A stretch of DNA of 61,926 nt from the IMG/VR virus record IMGVR_UViG_3300021093_000075, positions 1 to 61,926 of that record; one strand, 5' to 3'. The notes below the pieces were generated by a model. It had not been told where the DNA came from. It saw only the letters and a list, made by a program, of their open reading frames with translations, and searched no databases. This stretch comes from a virus (lineage: Duplodnaviria; Caudoviricetes). Positions 29,617 through 39,693 of the stretch are shown here, piece by piece. Made by a program: the position numbers and the translations under genes. Each line of letters opens with the position of its first letter. The first letter of the stretch is position 1.

Positions 29617-30162
29617 GTGTTTAAAGTTCCTGCGGTGCTTGCCCTGATGATCACCAACCTCGTGGTTGCAACGATCTACGGAGTGACACAGCCAACAGAA
29701 TCAGAACAAAGCACTACCGAACCGGTTATTACCACCACCACCACTACTACTACCACTACCCCGGTGACAACAATAGGGGAAACAGCTACTACCACCATTC
29801 CAGACGACAAATACGTTGGAAACGAATCTGACCGACGATGCCCCAGATGGGAGCCCTATTTCAAACAGTATGGTTTGCCTCCCAAGAAGTTCTCCTACAT
29901 TGCGTGGAGGGAGTCTAGGTGTAGGATCAAGGCAGTCAACGCCAAGTGGGATGATCAAGGCAACATCACCTGGACTCTCAACAAAAATGGGTCGTACGAC
30001 TCCGGCCTACTTCAAATCAACTCGTCATGGAGAACCGTCACCAAGAACATCTGTGGTGGGGGTCTCGAGCTCTTGCTTACCCTGGACTGCAACCTCCGGG
30101 TTGCCAAGTACCTTTACGACAATGGGGGCCTTGGGCACTGGAAAGCCACTTCTGGCTCGTAA
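29617..30162 (+). CDS. Membrane-anchored/secreted lytic transglycosylase (SLT/Rpf-like)
   Basis: N-terminal hydrophobic helix, poly-Thr linker, AWRES, GSYDSGLLQIN, GLGHW. Confidence 0.8.
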   Translation: MFKVPAVLALMITNLVVATIYGVTQPTESEQSTTEPVITTTTTTTTTTPVTTIGETATTTIPDDKYVGNESDRRCPRWEPYFKQYGLPPKKFSYIAWRESRCRIKAVNAKWDDQGNITWTLNKNGSYDSGLLQINSSWRTVTKNICGGGLELLLTLDCNLRVAKYLYDNGGLGHWKATSGS

Positions 30163-30182
30163 GTTCTACTAGACTGGCAGCT

Positions 30183-30386
30183 ATGCCAGCCACGACCTAC
30201 TATTGCGAACGCTGTGGGGCGAAGATCGTTCTCCACATCAAACCCTCTGAACCCCCTATGCACCCCTGTGGGGGAAGTTCGCACAAAGACAAATGGCTAC
30301 CCCTGACACCAGTTGTCAAAGGCGGTAAGAAGCCGTATCATGGCAACAAGGAGAACCGGGATGGAGAAACAACCTCTCAAGCTTGA
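30183..30386 (+). CDS. Small zinc-finger protein
   Basis: YYCERCG...HPC; TAGACT 7 nt upstream of the ATG. Confidence 0.55.
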   Translation: MPATTYYCERCGAKIVLHIKPSEPPMHPCGGSSHKDKWLPLTPVVKGGKKPYHGNKENRDGETTSQA

Positions 30387-30699
30387 TGACACATGGGTAG
30401 ACACGGTGGTGTCGGAAGGAACACTGCGAACAGTCGATCTGATTGTTCGTTGCTCAGACGTACTTTTGCACTCGAGTGAGCGCAACAAAATCTACTACAA
30501 CGATGTTGTTTTGCCTGAGTGGTCTGACGTGTTCAGCAAACTCAGCCTTGAGGATTTGACCGACGAAGATCTGCAAGACCAGTACGACCTGGCTCAGTAT
30601 CTTTTTGCGGTACTGGATGTGATTGCTCCAGATGGTTGTTCTTTTACTACAACAGAAGGAGATGGAGCATTATTCGGATTTTGGAGGAACAATGAGTGA
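30361..30699 (+). CDS. Hypothetical protein
   Basis: SEGTLR...APDG...GDGALFGFW. Confidence 0.65.
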   Translation: MEKQPLKLDDTWVDTVVSEGTLRTVDLIVRCSDVLLHSSERNKIYYNDVVLPEWSDVFSKLSLEDLTDEDLQDQYDLAQYLFAVLDVIAPDGCSFTTTEGDGALFGFWRNNE

Positions 30700-30976
30700 C
30701 GATTACGTTTATGACGCTCTGACCCTTATCGAGCGTGATGACCCACAATGGAGACAACACGCCAAATGCAGGTCATCAAGTCCATCACTGTTTATTCTTG
30801 AACGCGGGGAAGATCACAAGTCAGCGATACAAGTGTGCAACTCATGTCCGGTCAAAGACCCATGTCTTAGATTCGCGCTTGACAATGACGAGGTTGGTAT
30901 CTGGGGCGGTACGTCACACAAACAACGCAGGCGTATGAAGCAAGTTGCAAAAGCTGATGGTGAACTGGTAGTGTGA
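30692..30976 (+). CDS. whiB: WhiB-family transcription factor
   Basis: WRQHAKC, CNSCPV..PCL.FAL, GIWGGTS..QR; GGAGG RBS. Confidence 0.92.
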   Translation: MSDDYVYDALTLIERDDPQWRQHAKCRSSSPSLFILERGEDHKSAIQVCNSCPVKDPCLRFALDNDEVGIWGGTSHKQRRRMKQVAKADGELVV

Positions 30977-31308
30977 TCAACATGGCAAAGTGGAGCGAAA
31001 ACCCAAACCGAATTGAAGAAAATAACACTCAAATAATCACATCCATTGTGAACGCACCAACCATCGGTTTAGATCCCCGGTTGTGTATGTCGTTCATGGC
31101 ATCAGATTTGCGATACGAACTAACCCATAATGAACACCTATCTACCAAAGAGATGCGTAAGTGGTGGCTTGAGCGTTCAGACGCTCAGATCGAATCAATC
31201 GGGTACTACGTTCTTGGCGGAGATGACATTTGGAGAGCATTTATTCAGGAGGTGTCACACGCAATGGAAATCGTGCGTAAGCAAATTGAGGGCACAAGTG
31301 ATGAATAA
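30973..31308 (+). CDS. Hypothetical protein
   Basis: ORF track, coupled. Confidence 0.6.
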   Translation: MINMAKWSENPNRIEENNTQIITSIVNAPTIGLDPRLCMSFMASDLRYELTHNEHLSTKEMRKWWLERSDAQIESIGYYVLGGDDIWRAFIQEVSHAMEIVRKQIEGTSDE

Positions 31309-31465
31309 TGAAAAGTGGGGTGACTGGGCCATGCCAATGAGAAACGAATACAAATACGTTAGAAAGTATCGTACATTTGGTAAGTATTTGCTTACCGGTG
31401 GAATCCTGCTTTACTTTGTATTTATGGCCGCTTTAGCGTCATCGTGCATTGGGAACAACTTCTGA
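31301..31465 (+). CDS. Small membrane protein
   Basis: One C-terminal hydrophobic segment. Confidence 0.5.
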   Translation: MNNEKWGDWAMPMRNEYKYVRKYRTFGKYLLTGGILLYFVFMAALASSCIGNNF

Positions 31466-31731
31466 TGACGAGCAGGGACACCCACGACATCGAGGAATAC
31501 AAGCGAGAACAAAAAACAACGAACATTCAGCCTGCTTTACTCATCAAGTTAATGATGGATTCTGAGCCATGTTTGTTTGTAAATCAAAACAAACCTGCCA
31601 TTGAGCCCCGCGAACTACCCGCCAAAAGTCACGCACCGGAGCAAGTTAAATGAGCAAATCAATGGTGTTTTACTATTTATTCGTTGTTACGATGCTCTCA
31701 TTGATCTACTTAAAAGTACGAGGAGACTGAC

Positions 31732-32130
31732 GTGGGTGCTGATTTCAACTTTTCCATCAATGAACTTCAAGTGACTGAACTTCAAGCCAAAAAGAACGCA
31801 CAAAAACTTGTAGACAATGAGAACTTTGAAAAGACACTCAACACTTTGGCAAGCGAGTTCTATCTGTTTGATGACCCAGATCGAGAAATCTTGCCACGAG
31901 ATGTTCTGTTTTTTCTGAACAGTTGTGTTGAAACCGTCTACGACGAAAAGCGTCGTGACTCCGGCAGATACAAGTTTGCGAACGGCATGACCATTGCACT
32001 CACCGGGGGAGAATCATGGGGAGATGATCCAACTGACTCATTTCAAGCTTTCATGGTATGCGAACGCCTCAACATCACTTTGAAAGACTTGGGTAAAAGG
32101 CCGAACAAGAATAAGAAAGTAAAAAAGTAA
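31732..32130 (+). CDS. Hypothetical protein
   Basis: GAGGAG RBS; TGGESWGDDP. Confidence 0.7.
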   Translation: MGADFNFSINELQVTELQAKKNAQKLVDNENFEKTLNTLASEFYLFDDPDREILPRDVLFFLNSCVETVYDEKRRDSGRYKFANGMTIALTGGESWGDDPTDSFQAFMVCERLNITLKDLGKRPNKNKKVKK

Positions 32131-32735
32131 TGGGAGCAATGCAAATCTATTCCATGCTTGGTGAGTATTACGCCTGGCTGGAAAACGGTGAGTTGAACGA
32201 GCCCCCTATGACACTCGAAGACATTATGGAGTGGCATCTCACGTCTAATCACTATCCGCGTGTTGACCGAGTTTTTGTCAAGCCCTGCATTGACGCGATA
32301 ACCCTCATCTTTGAAGGGAACGACCCGGAAACTACCCTTATCGAGCTACCAAATGAAACACTGTATGATGTTTTTCCTGCCCCGGTGACAGCTAGAACAC
32401 TGTGTGATGCTTTCAACCTTGAGGCATTTTTGGAGTTTCATCACGACTGGCATAACGTGCCTAATGCACGAACCTCTGTCCGGCACCAAGATCCACAAGA
32501 ATCGCATGGTATGACCCAAGTTCCACAATGCACGTCAAGACATCTCATCAACCTGATCGATGGCCGGATAATGACTATTACGCTTACAGACGAGGGCATT
32601 GTGTTCGACGTGTATGAGCGTGGTGACAACGACCCATTCACTCGAGCTATGACCTATGATGAGTGGGCTAACTGGGTAGAAGATACCGACCCTAAAAATG
32701 GAGGAGAACTACCTATGAAGGATACGGAAGTATGA
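32130..32735 (+). CDS. Hypothetical protein
   Basis: 201 aa, coupled; WHLTSNHYP. Confidence 0.65.
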   Translation: MGAMQIYSMLGEYYAWLENGELNEPPMTLEDIMEWHLTSNHYPRVDRVFVKPCIDAITLIFEGNDPETTLIELPNETLYDVFPAPVTARTLCDAFNLEAFLEFHHDWHNVPNARTSVRHQDPQESHGMTQVPQCTSRHLINLIDGRIMTITLTDEGIVFDVYERGDNDPFTRAMTYDEWANWVEDTDPKNGGELPMKDTEV

Positions 32736-32929
32736 TCACACCAACATTTGAGAACCTCGACCCAGAAACCTTTGATAAATACATTAACCGGGCAACTGAT
32801 GAACTTGTTGCGTCTGTACGCCTTCCCTTGTCCGAAGAAGTCTGGGAAACCGACAAGTACGCTGACATGATCTACGACAAGGCCAAAGAACTGTACGAAG
32901 AGGAGCACAATGTCGACAGCCGGAAATGA
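32732..32929 (+). CDS. Hypothetical protein
   Basis: 65 aa, ATGA overlap. Confidence 0.55.
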   Translation: MITPTFENLDPETFDKYINRATDELVASVRLPLSEEVWETDKYADMIYDKAKELYEEEHNVDSRK

Positions 32930-33152
32930 CCTGACCTATGAAGAGTTTCTTGAAAAGGTGGATCGCAACCATCTGACACTAGGTTCTGAATGGCGGTATG
33001 GGCAAACCTACTTCAACACCCTGTCCTCGATGCGCCCCCGACTGGCTGAGGCCATTCGCGGCACTATCCACGATCCATTCCACCGCGTTAGTGTGCCAAC
33101 CACAACGCACGATTATGTCTATCGACTCTGGATGGAAGATAAAAAAGACTAA
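32910..33152 (+). CDS. Hypothetical protein
   Basis: AGGAG RBS; WRYGQTYFN...DPF. Confidence 0.65.
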   Translation: MSTAGNDLTYEEFLEKVDRNHLTLGSEWRYGQTYFNTLSSMRPRLAEAIRGTIHDPFHRVSVPTTTHDYVYRLWMEDKKD

Positions 33153-33170
33153 CTACTCCTTGAGTTAGTC

Positions 33171-33224
33171 ACCCGGAGGCGTTGCCTGCTCTCTTTGGTT
33201 GGGAGGGAGTCAATGCCTCCGGGT
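33171..33224 (+). terminator. Long stem-loop
   Basis: ACCCGGAGGCGTTG ... CAATGCCTCCGGGT inverted repeat in an intergenic gap. Confidence 0.55.
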
Positions 33225-33289
33225 TGTAAATGTCACACCCCCCTGCTATCGTGCGTAGTACCAGTAATCACACAACAAGGAGACAAGTA

Positions 33290-33514
33290 ATGAAGACCAA
33301 GAAGAGGCGCAAGCCGAAGTTCGTGACACCGAAGTACGCTCGCGCCTTCATGCTCAAAGCTCGTGATGTCTACATCGAGGACTTGCTCAAGGGGACGGAT
33401 GGAGAGTGGATTTGCGAGGACAACCACAGCACCGAGAAGGCCGTGATGAAGTGTCCGTACTGCACCGAGTACTACCGTCGCATGGATGAACTCAACGAGG
33501 CGTTTCCGCAATAA
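33290..33514 (+). CDS. Hypothetical protein
   Basis: CAAGGAGA RBS. Confidence 0.65.
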   Translation: MKTKKRRKPKFVTPKYARAFMLKARDVYIEDLLKGTDGEWICEDNHSTEKAVMKCPYCTEYYRRMDELNEAFPQ

Positions 33515-33531
33515 GATCACATCAGTCAATA

Positions 33532-33555
33532 CAACAACAACAACAACAACAACAA
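33532..33555 (+). repeat. (CAA)8 tract upstream of an RBS
   Basis: Eight CAA units running into GGAGA. Confidence 0.85.
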
Positions 33556-33564
33556 GGAGACAAC

Positions 33565-33948
33565 ATGAAACCGAAACCGCTATCCACGTCACGGAGAGTC
33601 ACACATAGCTCGACCAGCAACACCGGGGGAGCGGTTGACCTCTCAGTGTACGATCTCACGCCAGATGACATTGGCGTTGACATTCAGAATCACGAAACTT
33701 TCAGCACTCTGCAAGTCAACTTCGGAAACGTCAGTGTAAGTTGCATTATCAAGGGAGATCACCAAGCAGCCACAGTTGATGGCCAACTGTGCATTGCAAA
33801 TCTTGAGGTGATTGACCGACTCATCAACAAGCTCGTTGACGTAGAACTCGACCTGCGCTTGAAACTGCGAAAACTTGAGCGTGACAAGTCTCGAAAACAT
33901 CCTCTCTTTGGAGTCGCGGAACTCGTCAGCACTGAGAGCCCACAATGA
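33565..33948 (+). CDS. Hypothetical protein
   Basis: Strong RBS. Confidence 0.65.
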   Translation: MKPKPLSTSRRVTHSSTSNTGGAVDLSVYDLTPDDIGVDIQNHETFSTLQVNFGNVSVSCIIKGDHQAATVDGQLCIANLEVIDRLINKLVDVELDLRLKLRKLERDKSRKHPLFGVAELVSTESPQ

Positions 33949-34139
33949 TCGACGATTCAATCTCCATCGGCACTCACGTTGCCAAGATCTTCAAGCAACT
34001 TGTCGATGCCCAGAAATGCCATGATTGCGGGGCATTCGTGCCGGAGGGACTGGGACACTATCCCAACCCGGAACGGTACATTCGAGTGTGCTCAAAGTGC
34101 CTGCCCAAATACGTCCCTACCAGTGTTGGTTCTGACTGA
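33945..34139 (+). CDS. Small zinc-finger protein
   Basis: CHDC...CSKC. Confidence 0.55.
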   Translation: MIDDSISIGTHVAKIFKQLVDAQKCHDCGAFVPEGLGHYPNPERYIRVCSKCLPKYVPTSVGSD

Positions 34140-34177
34140 CCATCCTGGTACAGTGAACACACCTACAAGGAGGGACA

Positions 34178-34363
34178 ATGCCAGAAGCACATCAACTACC
34201 CGGTGATTCAAACACTTTAGTGTGGGCATCATTCATCACGCGAGAAGCGGTTGAAAACTGGTCAGAAGGACAGATCAACGCATTACGCGAGGCTCTTGAC
34301 CGCATGGTGCAAGTGACATTCGAAGACTTCGAGCAGTTCCGTATTGCTGTGGAGGAAAAGTGA
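34178..34363 (+). CDS. Hypothetical protein
   Basis: AGGAGG RBS. Confidence 0.6.
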   Translation: MPEAHQLPGDSNTLVWASFITREAVENWSEGQINALREALDRMVQVTFEDFEQFRIAVEEK

Positions 34364-34572
34364 TGAGGCCGATAGACACAGCGTTCGACCAGTGGGCAAC
34401 CTACATCTGTGCCAGAGTCAGGTCACAGATGACACATGATGATAAACCACTCATCTTCTCTTACTGCCAACTGTGCGGTAGGGGATTGGGAGCAGTCAAC
34501 GGCTTACGCATTGGTCGCTGTTCTGAAGCCGGACAACCATGCAAGACCAACGAGGAGGGACAGAAGAAATGA
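34360..34572 (+). CDS. Small Cys-containing protein
   Basis: GGAGG RBS, coupled. Confidence 0.5.
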   Translation: MMRPIDTAFDQWATYICARVRSQMTHDDKPLIFSYCQLCGRGLGAVNGLRIGRCSEAGQPCKTNEEGQKK

Positions 34573-34820
34573 CCAGGAAACGCAAGGTCAACTACTATGC
34601 GTTCCACGCCGGAACGGGGACACTCATCGACGCAGCCGATGGCACGTTCGTCTTCAGCGACGAGAACTTCACCGAAGACGAACTGGATGCCCTGGAACAG
34701 GGTGACGCGGAGGTAGCGAAGGGCGCAGGAGTGAGCCTGATGACGCTCGTACGCCTCTACGAGAGGAAGTGCGCCGAGGAAACCGCCAGGGCGAGGAAGA
34801 AACGGAAGAAGGGTAAGTGA
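34569..34820 (+). CDS. Hypothetical protein
   Basis: ATGA overlap. Confidence 0.6.
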   Translation: MTRKRKVNYYAFHAGTGTLIDAADGTFVFSDENFTEDELDALEQGDAEVAKGAGVSLMTLVRLYERKCAEETARARKKRKKGK

Positions 34821-35377
34821 TGCACACCGGGATTCTTCTAGCTGTTGAGGCCGTAGACGTGGATGAAGCATTCGACCTGATCGAGGAGTTCAATAGCATT
34901 TACGCCGACTGGTCGGATTGGAACGAAGCATGGGGCAGGTGGAAGAGTGATTTCCCCAACGGAGCACTGTGCCACCGGGACAACCCCGATAAGTTTATGT
35001 CTTTCATTGACCAGTATCGTGCGTACACCATGAACGCAATGTACGAAGATCTCCAGCGCGTCGGTTCTTTGACCGTGTGGGAACTGGTGATGCTGAAAGC
35101 CAACCGATCCGGCGATGGATTCGATGACCCTGCAATGGTCAACGCCACCCGGAAGTTGGGCAAAGATGGAACTGCCTCTAGTCAATCCGCCCACAATGAG
35201 GACTTTCTCAATGTCTACAGAACGACAAGTCTGCTCGAACTTGTATCGGGGGATTTCACTAGCGGACAACACTTCTTTGACGTAACCGCCCACACTCCGA
35301 ACAAGGATGCAGTGCTGAAACGAGTTGCACAGAGATCGGAAGACCAGTGGCTCATCGTATGGGATTACCACTACTAA
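34817..35377 (+). CDS. Hypothetical protein
   Basis: WSDW...GRW...DYHY C-terminus. Confidence 0.65.
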   Translation: MMHTGILLAVEAVDVDEAFDLIEEFNSIYADWSDWNEAWGRWKSDFPNGALCHRDNPDKFMSFIDQYRAYTMNAMYEDLQRVGSLTVWELVMLKANRSGDGFDDPAMVNATRKLGKDGTASSQSAHNEDFLNVYRTTSLLELVSGDFTSGQHFFDVTAHTPNKDAVLKRVAQRSEDQWLIVWDYHY

Positions 35378-35751
35378 TGACCTGGCACATCATTCACTCA
35401 GAACACTGGGCAGGAAGCACTCACCTGCTCGATACACGCATCGACGCAATGTACGCCTATGACGATCTACACGGTGCTCGACACGTCACCAGCGATGATG
35501 ATGCCGGGGAAGTGTGTTTCGAGCTGCCGGATGAACGCATTGTCTGGTTGACGAGCACCGACCTCGAGTTTGTCTGGCCTTTCGATGACGATTGCCTGCG
35601 AACTGACAGCCCATGCCAGCGTGACTACTCGTGGTCACAGATCGCAGAACTGAACCACGAACGGCAGGTCAATACCTTTGGCTGGTGCAGTTGCGAAACA
35701 GATGAACCGCCATACAATGATTGTCCTATCAAGGAGGAAGGCAATGCCTGA
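35377..35751 (+). CDS. Hypothetical protein
   Basis: TAATG coupling. Confidence 0.6.
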   Translation: MTWHIIHSEHWAGSTHLLDTRIDAMYAYDDLHGARHVTSDDDAGEVCFELPDERIVWLTSTDLEFVWPFDDDCLRTDSPCQRDYSWSQIAELNHERQVNTFGWCSCETDEPPYNDCPIKEEGNA

Positions 35752-36565
35752 GTTAGTCCATGTCCACAAGAACGTCTACACGCTCGATGAACTAGCACCC
35801 GGTGCTCGACGCAAGGCGTTAGAAATCCTGACTCAACAGATGTGGGAAATGTTCCCTAACGAACTGATTGACGAGATGATCTACGAAATGTTCTGTAAGA
35901 AAGCTGGTCGGTTAGATTTAGCAGACGGAAATCAAGTCAAGAACATTCAGAAACTTGGACTTCGCATTGGCTGGTCGGTGTCCTACACGCAGAGTGATTG
36001 TGTCGAACTGACTGGGAAGATTCGCATTGAAGACTTCCCAGGCTTCAGCACCTATGGCCCGATCTCATGGCCGCGAAATGTCCCCATGATTGAAGTCTCG
36101 AGGGGTCGACTCACTGCACAGGAGTACGACCAAGAGGCCACAGATCGCATCGCTGATGGTGTTGACAACTACTCGAAAGAGTGGACTCAGTCAATGGACT
36201 TCGTGAGGGGCATCCAGCACGATCTCTACTGGTATGCCCGGGATTGCGTTGATGCGATGATGGCAGAATCCGAGGTTGTCGAGCAGTACCACACGCAGAT
36301 GTATCCACGCAGGTTCATCGAAGACGGAAGACTCGCCCCGGCAGATTTCTGGCAAGAGGCTGATTATGTTGCGCCAGTGGTCATCAAGTGGACTGAGCAT
36401 GACGTTGTGGCATTGCTGGGAAACGGTGATGAGACAGCAATCGACATTGAGAAGGCCAGGGATGTGTTTGCCCGGGTCAGTAAGCACCTGAAAGACCGTT
36501 CTATTGAACTGGGCTGGGGAGTGCTGGAAACACTCGTCGATTATGACCGGGTTGTGAAAGACTGA
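35744..36565 (+). CDS. Hypothetical protein
   Basis: AAGGAGG RBS; VYTLDEL...A..KA N-terminus. Confidence 0.65.
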   Translation: MPELVHVHKNVYTLDELAPGARRKALEILTQQMWEMFPNELIDEMIYEMFCKKAGRLDLADGNQVKNIQKLGLRIGWSVSYTQSDCVELTGKIRIEDFPGFSTYGPISWPRNVPMIEVSRGRLTAQEYDQEATDRIADGVDNYSKEWTQSMDFVRGIQHDLYWYARDCVDAMMAESEVVEQYHTQMYPRRFIEDGRLAPADFWQEADYVAPVVIKWTEHDVVALLGNGDETAIDIEKARDVFARVSKHLKDRSIELGWGVLETLVDYDRVVKD

Positions 36566-36625
36566 AACGCCCCACTATGATGCTCTCGTGGCACATCAGT
36601 GTCACAGAACCAACAAGGAGACAAC

Positions 36626-36853
36626 ATGAAACAGCAACTAAGTAAGAACCGAAAGATTGTCGCACAGCGTCTGTGCGATGCTCGAATCAAGCAGAACAGG
36701 TCACAGGAAGAAGTGGCGCGAAAGGCTGGCGTAGATCGCAAGACCGTCAACCGCATCGAGAACAATCACTTCTCACCAACACTTGACACTCTGTTCCGGC
36801 TGTGCAGGGTGCTCAACATCAAGCCAGTATCGCTATTCACTTCAATCAAGTAA
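36626..36853 (+). CDS. XRE-family HTH regulator
   Basis: SQEEVARKAGVDRKTVNRIEN...PTLDTL. Confidence 0.88.
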   Translation: MKQQLSKNRKIVAQRLCDARIKQNRSQEEVARKAGVDRKTVNRIENNHFSPTLDTLFRLCRVLNIKPVSLFTSIK

Positions 36854-36880
36854 TCAACCAACCAACAAGGAGAAACAACC

Positions 36881-37345
36881 ATGACAACGAAGAAACCAAT
36901 CATCGAAGTTGCCAAGCAACTCGAGGAAACAATCAACAGCGAGATCGGGTTCAGTGAGGTGAAAGCCGTTCTGATGGGAATCAGCAACATTCACACCGAA
37001 ATGTCCTGGCAAGTTGCCAGTCGACACGGCGATGTGTACGAGTTGCTCTCGTCACCGAACGCCATTGACACGGCTCGTCACAGCGACGCAGTTGCGGTCA
37101 TTACTTGCGGTTGGGCTGCGCCAGTCGGTCACGATGAGGCCGATGACATTCCACCTTCGATCCACCCGGCTCGTCGACGTGTGCGTCTGTGCATCGTCGC
37201 TGACAACGCTTCCCGGCGAGTTTCTGTGTTGCGTTTCCAAGATGACCCAGACAACACCATCGTCGAAGAGGGCACTGCGAAAGGCTCGCTTGCTGATGCA
37301 GTTGCTGACCTGTTCAAGCAGGCTCAGGGCGGAGGGTATCTCTAA
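36881..37345 (+). CDS. Hypothetical protein
   Basis: GWAAP...PSIHPARRRVRL; strong RBS. Confidence 0.7.
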   Translation: MTTKKPIIEVAKQLEETINSEIGFSEVKAVLMGISNIHTEMSWQVASRHGDVYELLSSPNAIDTARHSDAVAVITCGWAAPVGHDEADDIPPSIHPARRRVRLCIVADNASRRVSVLRFQDDPDNTIVEEGTAKGSLADAVADLFKQAQGGGYL

Positions 37346-38010
37346 TGCCCAACCATTGCTCGAACTGCCTGCTCGTAGGAGCATCTGACGATTACCGGGG
37401 CGAACTCGATGCGTTTCACGCACTTGTTTCGACCCCGGTTGAGAAGACCCACACCAACATTCACGGTGAGACAACGACAGCACTCGTGGAGGGAATCGCA
37501 ATGTGCGACAACATTCTTCCCTGCCCGAAAGAGCTTTCGGCTAACTCGACGCTGGATGAGCATCCTGAGAACATTGCCAAGTACGGCTTCAGTGGCTGGT
37601 ATGACTGGTGCAACTTCAACTGGGGCACGAAGTGGGGTGACTACGACACCGACTGCATCCATGAGTGGGGAACACCGAACCTCCGGGCGTATCGCTACAC
37701 CACCGCCTGGAATCCGATGACCCGGGCGATCCAGCAGTTCTCTAAGAAGTTTCCCAACCTCGTGTTCGTCAACACATTCGAGGAAGGTGGCTGTGCAATC
37801 TTAGGGGCGGAGTGCGCCATCAACGGCGAGTTATTCGAGGCCGAAGACCAGTATCCCGAAGTCAACTGGGATGAAGACGAACCGGGGTTCGAGAAAGTCG
37901 GGGAGGCTCAGGTGGCCTGCGTTCGCAGTGTGCTTGATAGTGCTCTCGACAACACCGACATTTCATTTGATGAAACCATCTTCGATCCATTCTTCCGGGG
38001 GATGGCATGA
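37345..38010 (+). CDS. DUF1281/YubB ferredoxin-like protein
   Basis: MPNHCSN, GWYDW...NWGTKW, TAWNP. Confidence 0.75.
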   Translation: MPNHCSNCLLVGASDDYRGELDAFHALVSTPVEKTHTNIHGETTTALVEGIAMCDNILPCPKELSANSTLDEHPENIAKYGFSGWYDWCNFNWGTKWGDYDTDCIHEWGTPNLRAYRYTTAWNPMTRAIQQFSKKFPNLVFVNTFEEGGCAILGAECAINGELFEAEDQYPEVNWDEDEPGFEKVGEAQVACVRSVLDSALDNTDISFDETIFDPFFRGMA

Positions 38011-38234
38011 GCAAGAAGAAGAAAGCATCTAACGAGCGCGTGGTCATCAACATCAACGATGGCACAGTCACCGATCTCGAGGGCTGTCTCGTTGTGGAGT
38101 TGACCGACATGGTGTCCGAAGACGAACGCTGGCTCGATTGGCTCGATTGTGGAGATGACAGTTCTGCAATCGAGGTTGCTAAGAAGTACGGCAAGCCCAT
38201 CCGCATCATCGGCGGTGACTGGTCGGTGGAATGA
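38007..38234 (+). CDS. Hypothetical protein
   Basis: Coupled. Confidence 0.6.
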   Translation: MSKKKKASNERVVININDGTVTDLEGCLVVELTDMVSEDERWLDWLDCGDDSSAIEVAKKYGKPIRIIGGDWSVE

Positions 38235-38491
38235 TGGTCACGAAAGTAATCAGCATGAAGACCATCGTGAATGCGAAACGTCGCTATGACAGACGCATGG
38301 TGGTGAAGACCCACAACCTTGTCGGTGCTCACGAGATCGCCCAGCGATTGAACCGGGCACACCCGACAATCGTGCATGCATGGGCGAGGCGTGACCTCAA
38401 CTTCCCACCCCCGGCTGCCGTTCTTCAGGCTGGCAAGTTCTGGGATTGGTCACAGGTCGAGCGTTGGGCGAAGGAAACCGGGAGACTGTGA
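38231..38491 (+). CDS. AlpA/excisionase-like HTH protein
   Basis: LVGAHEIAQRL...FPPP...WDWSQVERW. Confidence 0.65.
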   Translation: MMVTKVISMKTIVNAKRRYDRRMVVKTHNLVGAHEIAQRLNRAHPTIVHAWARRDLNFPPPAAVLQAGKFWDWSQVERWAKETGRL

Positions 38492-38643
38492 CCATGAGCC
38501 TTCTAGCCTTCGTCGTGGCAACTTTAGTCTTCATGGTGTGGCTGGCAACCAAGAACTAAGCACACGTTGTGACACCCCCTGCGTAACCTGTAGCCTCGAG
38601 AACATCATCAACCGGGGGCAACCCCAGATCAAGGAGAAATGCA

Positions 38644-39693
38644 ATGTCAGCAGAAACCAATAAGTGGCTCAACACCATGACGCTCATTGGCAACGTGCTC
38701 AAGCGTGGCAAGGCTTGGCACTGGCGTGAAGCGGAGCAGGGCGATGAGCCCAACCACTACGAGGGATTCATCCCAATGGATGACGTTCGTCGAAGGCTCT
38801 TCAACTGGACTGCGGAGGAAGTTCCGGTCTACATCAAGACCCAACAGGGAACATTCCGTCAGATCGAAGACCGCAAGGCCGTGATGCATTCCACAACTGG
38901 CAAGGTCTTCAATGTGTTCAGTGACCGCTACAACGTGCACCAATACGAGCAAACGCTGTTGAAGAACCTCACCGAAATCATCGACTCACACGACCTCGGT
39001 ATTGACAGTGCCGGACTTCTGCGTGAGGGTGGCAAGGCGTGGGTTCAAATCTCAGTGCCAGAGAACATCTCGAGCACTGCCGGATTCGAGTTTCGCCCGA
39101 CGCTGCTGGCATCAACCGCACATGACGGTTCGCTGGCAACGACCTACCGCCGGGTGATTCAGGCTGTGGTGTGCGATAACACTCTGCACACCGCCCTCAA
39201 CGAGAAGACCGACAGCGTGGTGAAGTTTCGTCACAACACCGACGCATCGCTCGATGGGTCGCTGGCGCGAATCCGCGAGGCTCTGGAGATCATCTACCAG
39301 ACCGCCGAATCATTCCAGCACGAACTTGACGCACTCACTGCGTGGGCAGTCACCGATAACGAGTTCACGAAACTCGTTGAGCAGGTGTATCCCATCAACC
39401 TCTTGGGTGACGGTTCACAGAATCCGAACAGTGCCAGCAAGATGACACCGAAGCGTGACGCACTCGAGAGCCTGTGGAGGAACGACGAGCGTGTGAGCCC
39501 CTGGAGGAACACCGCACTCGGCGTAGTGCAGGCCTTCACCACTGCCAACCAGCACGTCTTTGGTAAGCAGGAGACTCGAGCACAGCGCAACTACAACAAG
39601 TTGCTCAGTGGTTCGCAGTTCACTGAAGATGCCCTCGTGCTCGAGCGTTTGCGTGAGATCACCAGAGCAGAGCCGGAGTGGGCAATGGCATAG
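38644..39693 (+). CDS. DUF932-family protein
   Basis: AWH, SAGLLREG, HDGS, VVCDNT, FRH motifs. Confidence 0.85.
   Translation: MSAETNKWLNTMTLIGNVLKRGKAWHWREAEQGDEPNHYEGFIPMDDVRRRLFNWTAEEVPVYIKTQQGTFRQIEDRKAVMHSTTGKVFNVFSDRYNVHQYEQTLLKNLTEIIDSHDLGIDSAGLLREGGKAWVQISVPENISSTAGFEFRPTLLASTAHDGSLATTYRRVIQAVVCDNTLHTALNEKTDSVVKFRHNTDASLDGSLARIREALEIIYQTAESFQHELDALTAWAVTDNEFTKLVEQVYPINLLGDGSQNPNSASKMTPKRDALESLWRNDERVSPWRNTALGVVQAFTTANQHVFGKQETRAQRNYNKLLSGSQFTEDALVLERLREITRAEPEWAMA

Noticed and set aside
29726-29760. ACC/ACT trinucleotide run as a regulatory repeat
   Set aside because: It encodes the poly-Thr linker of the transglycosylase
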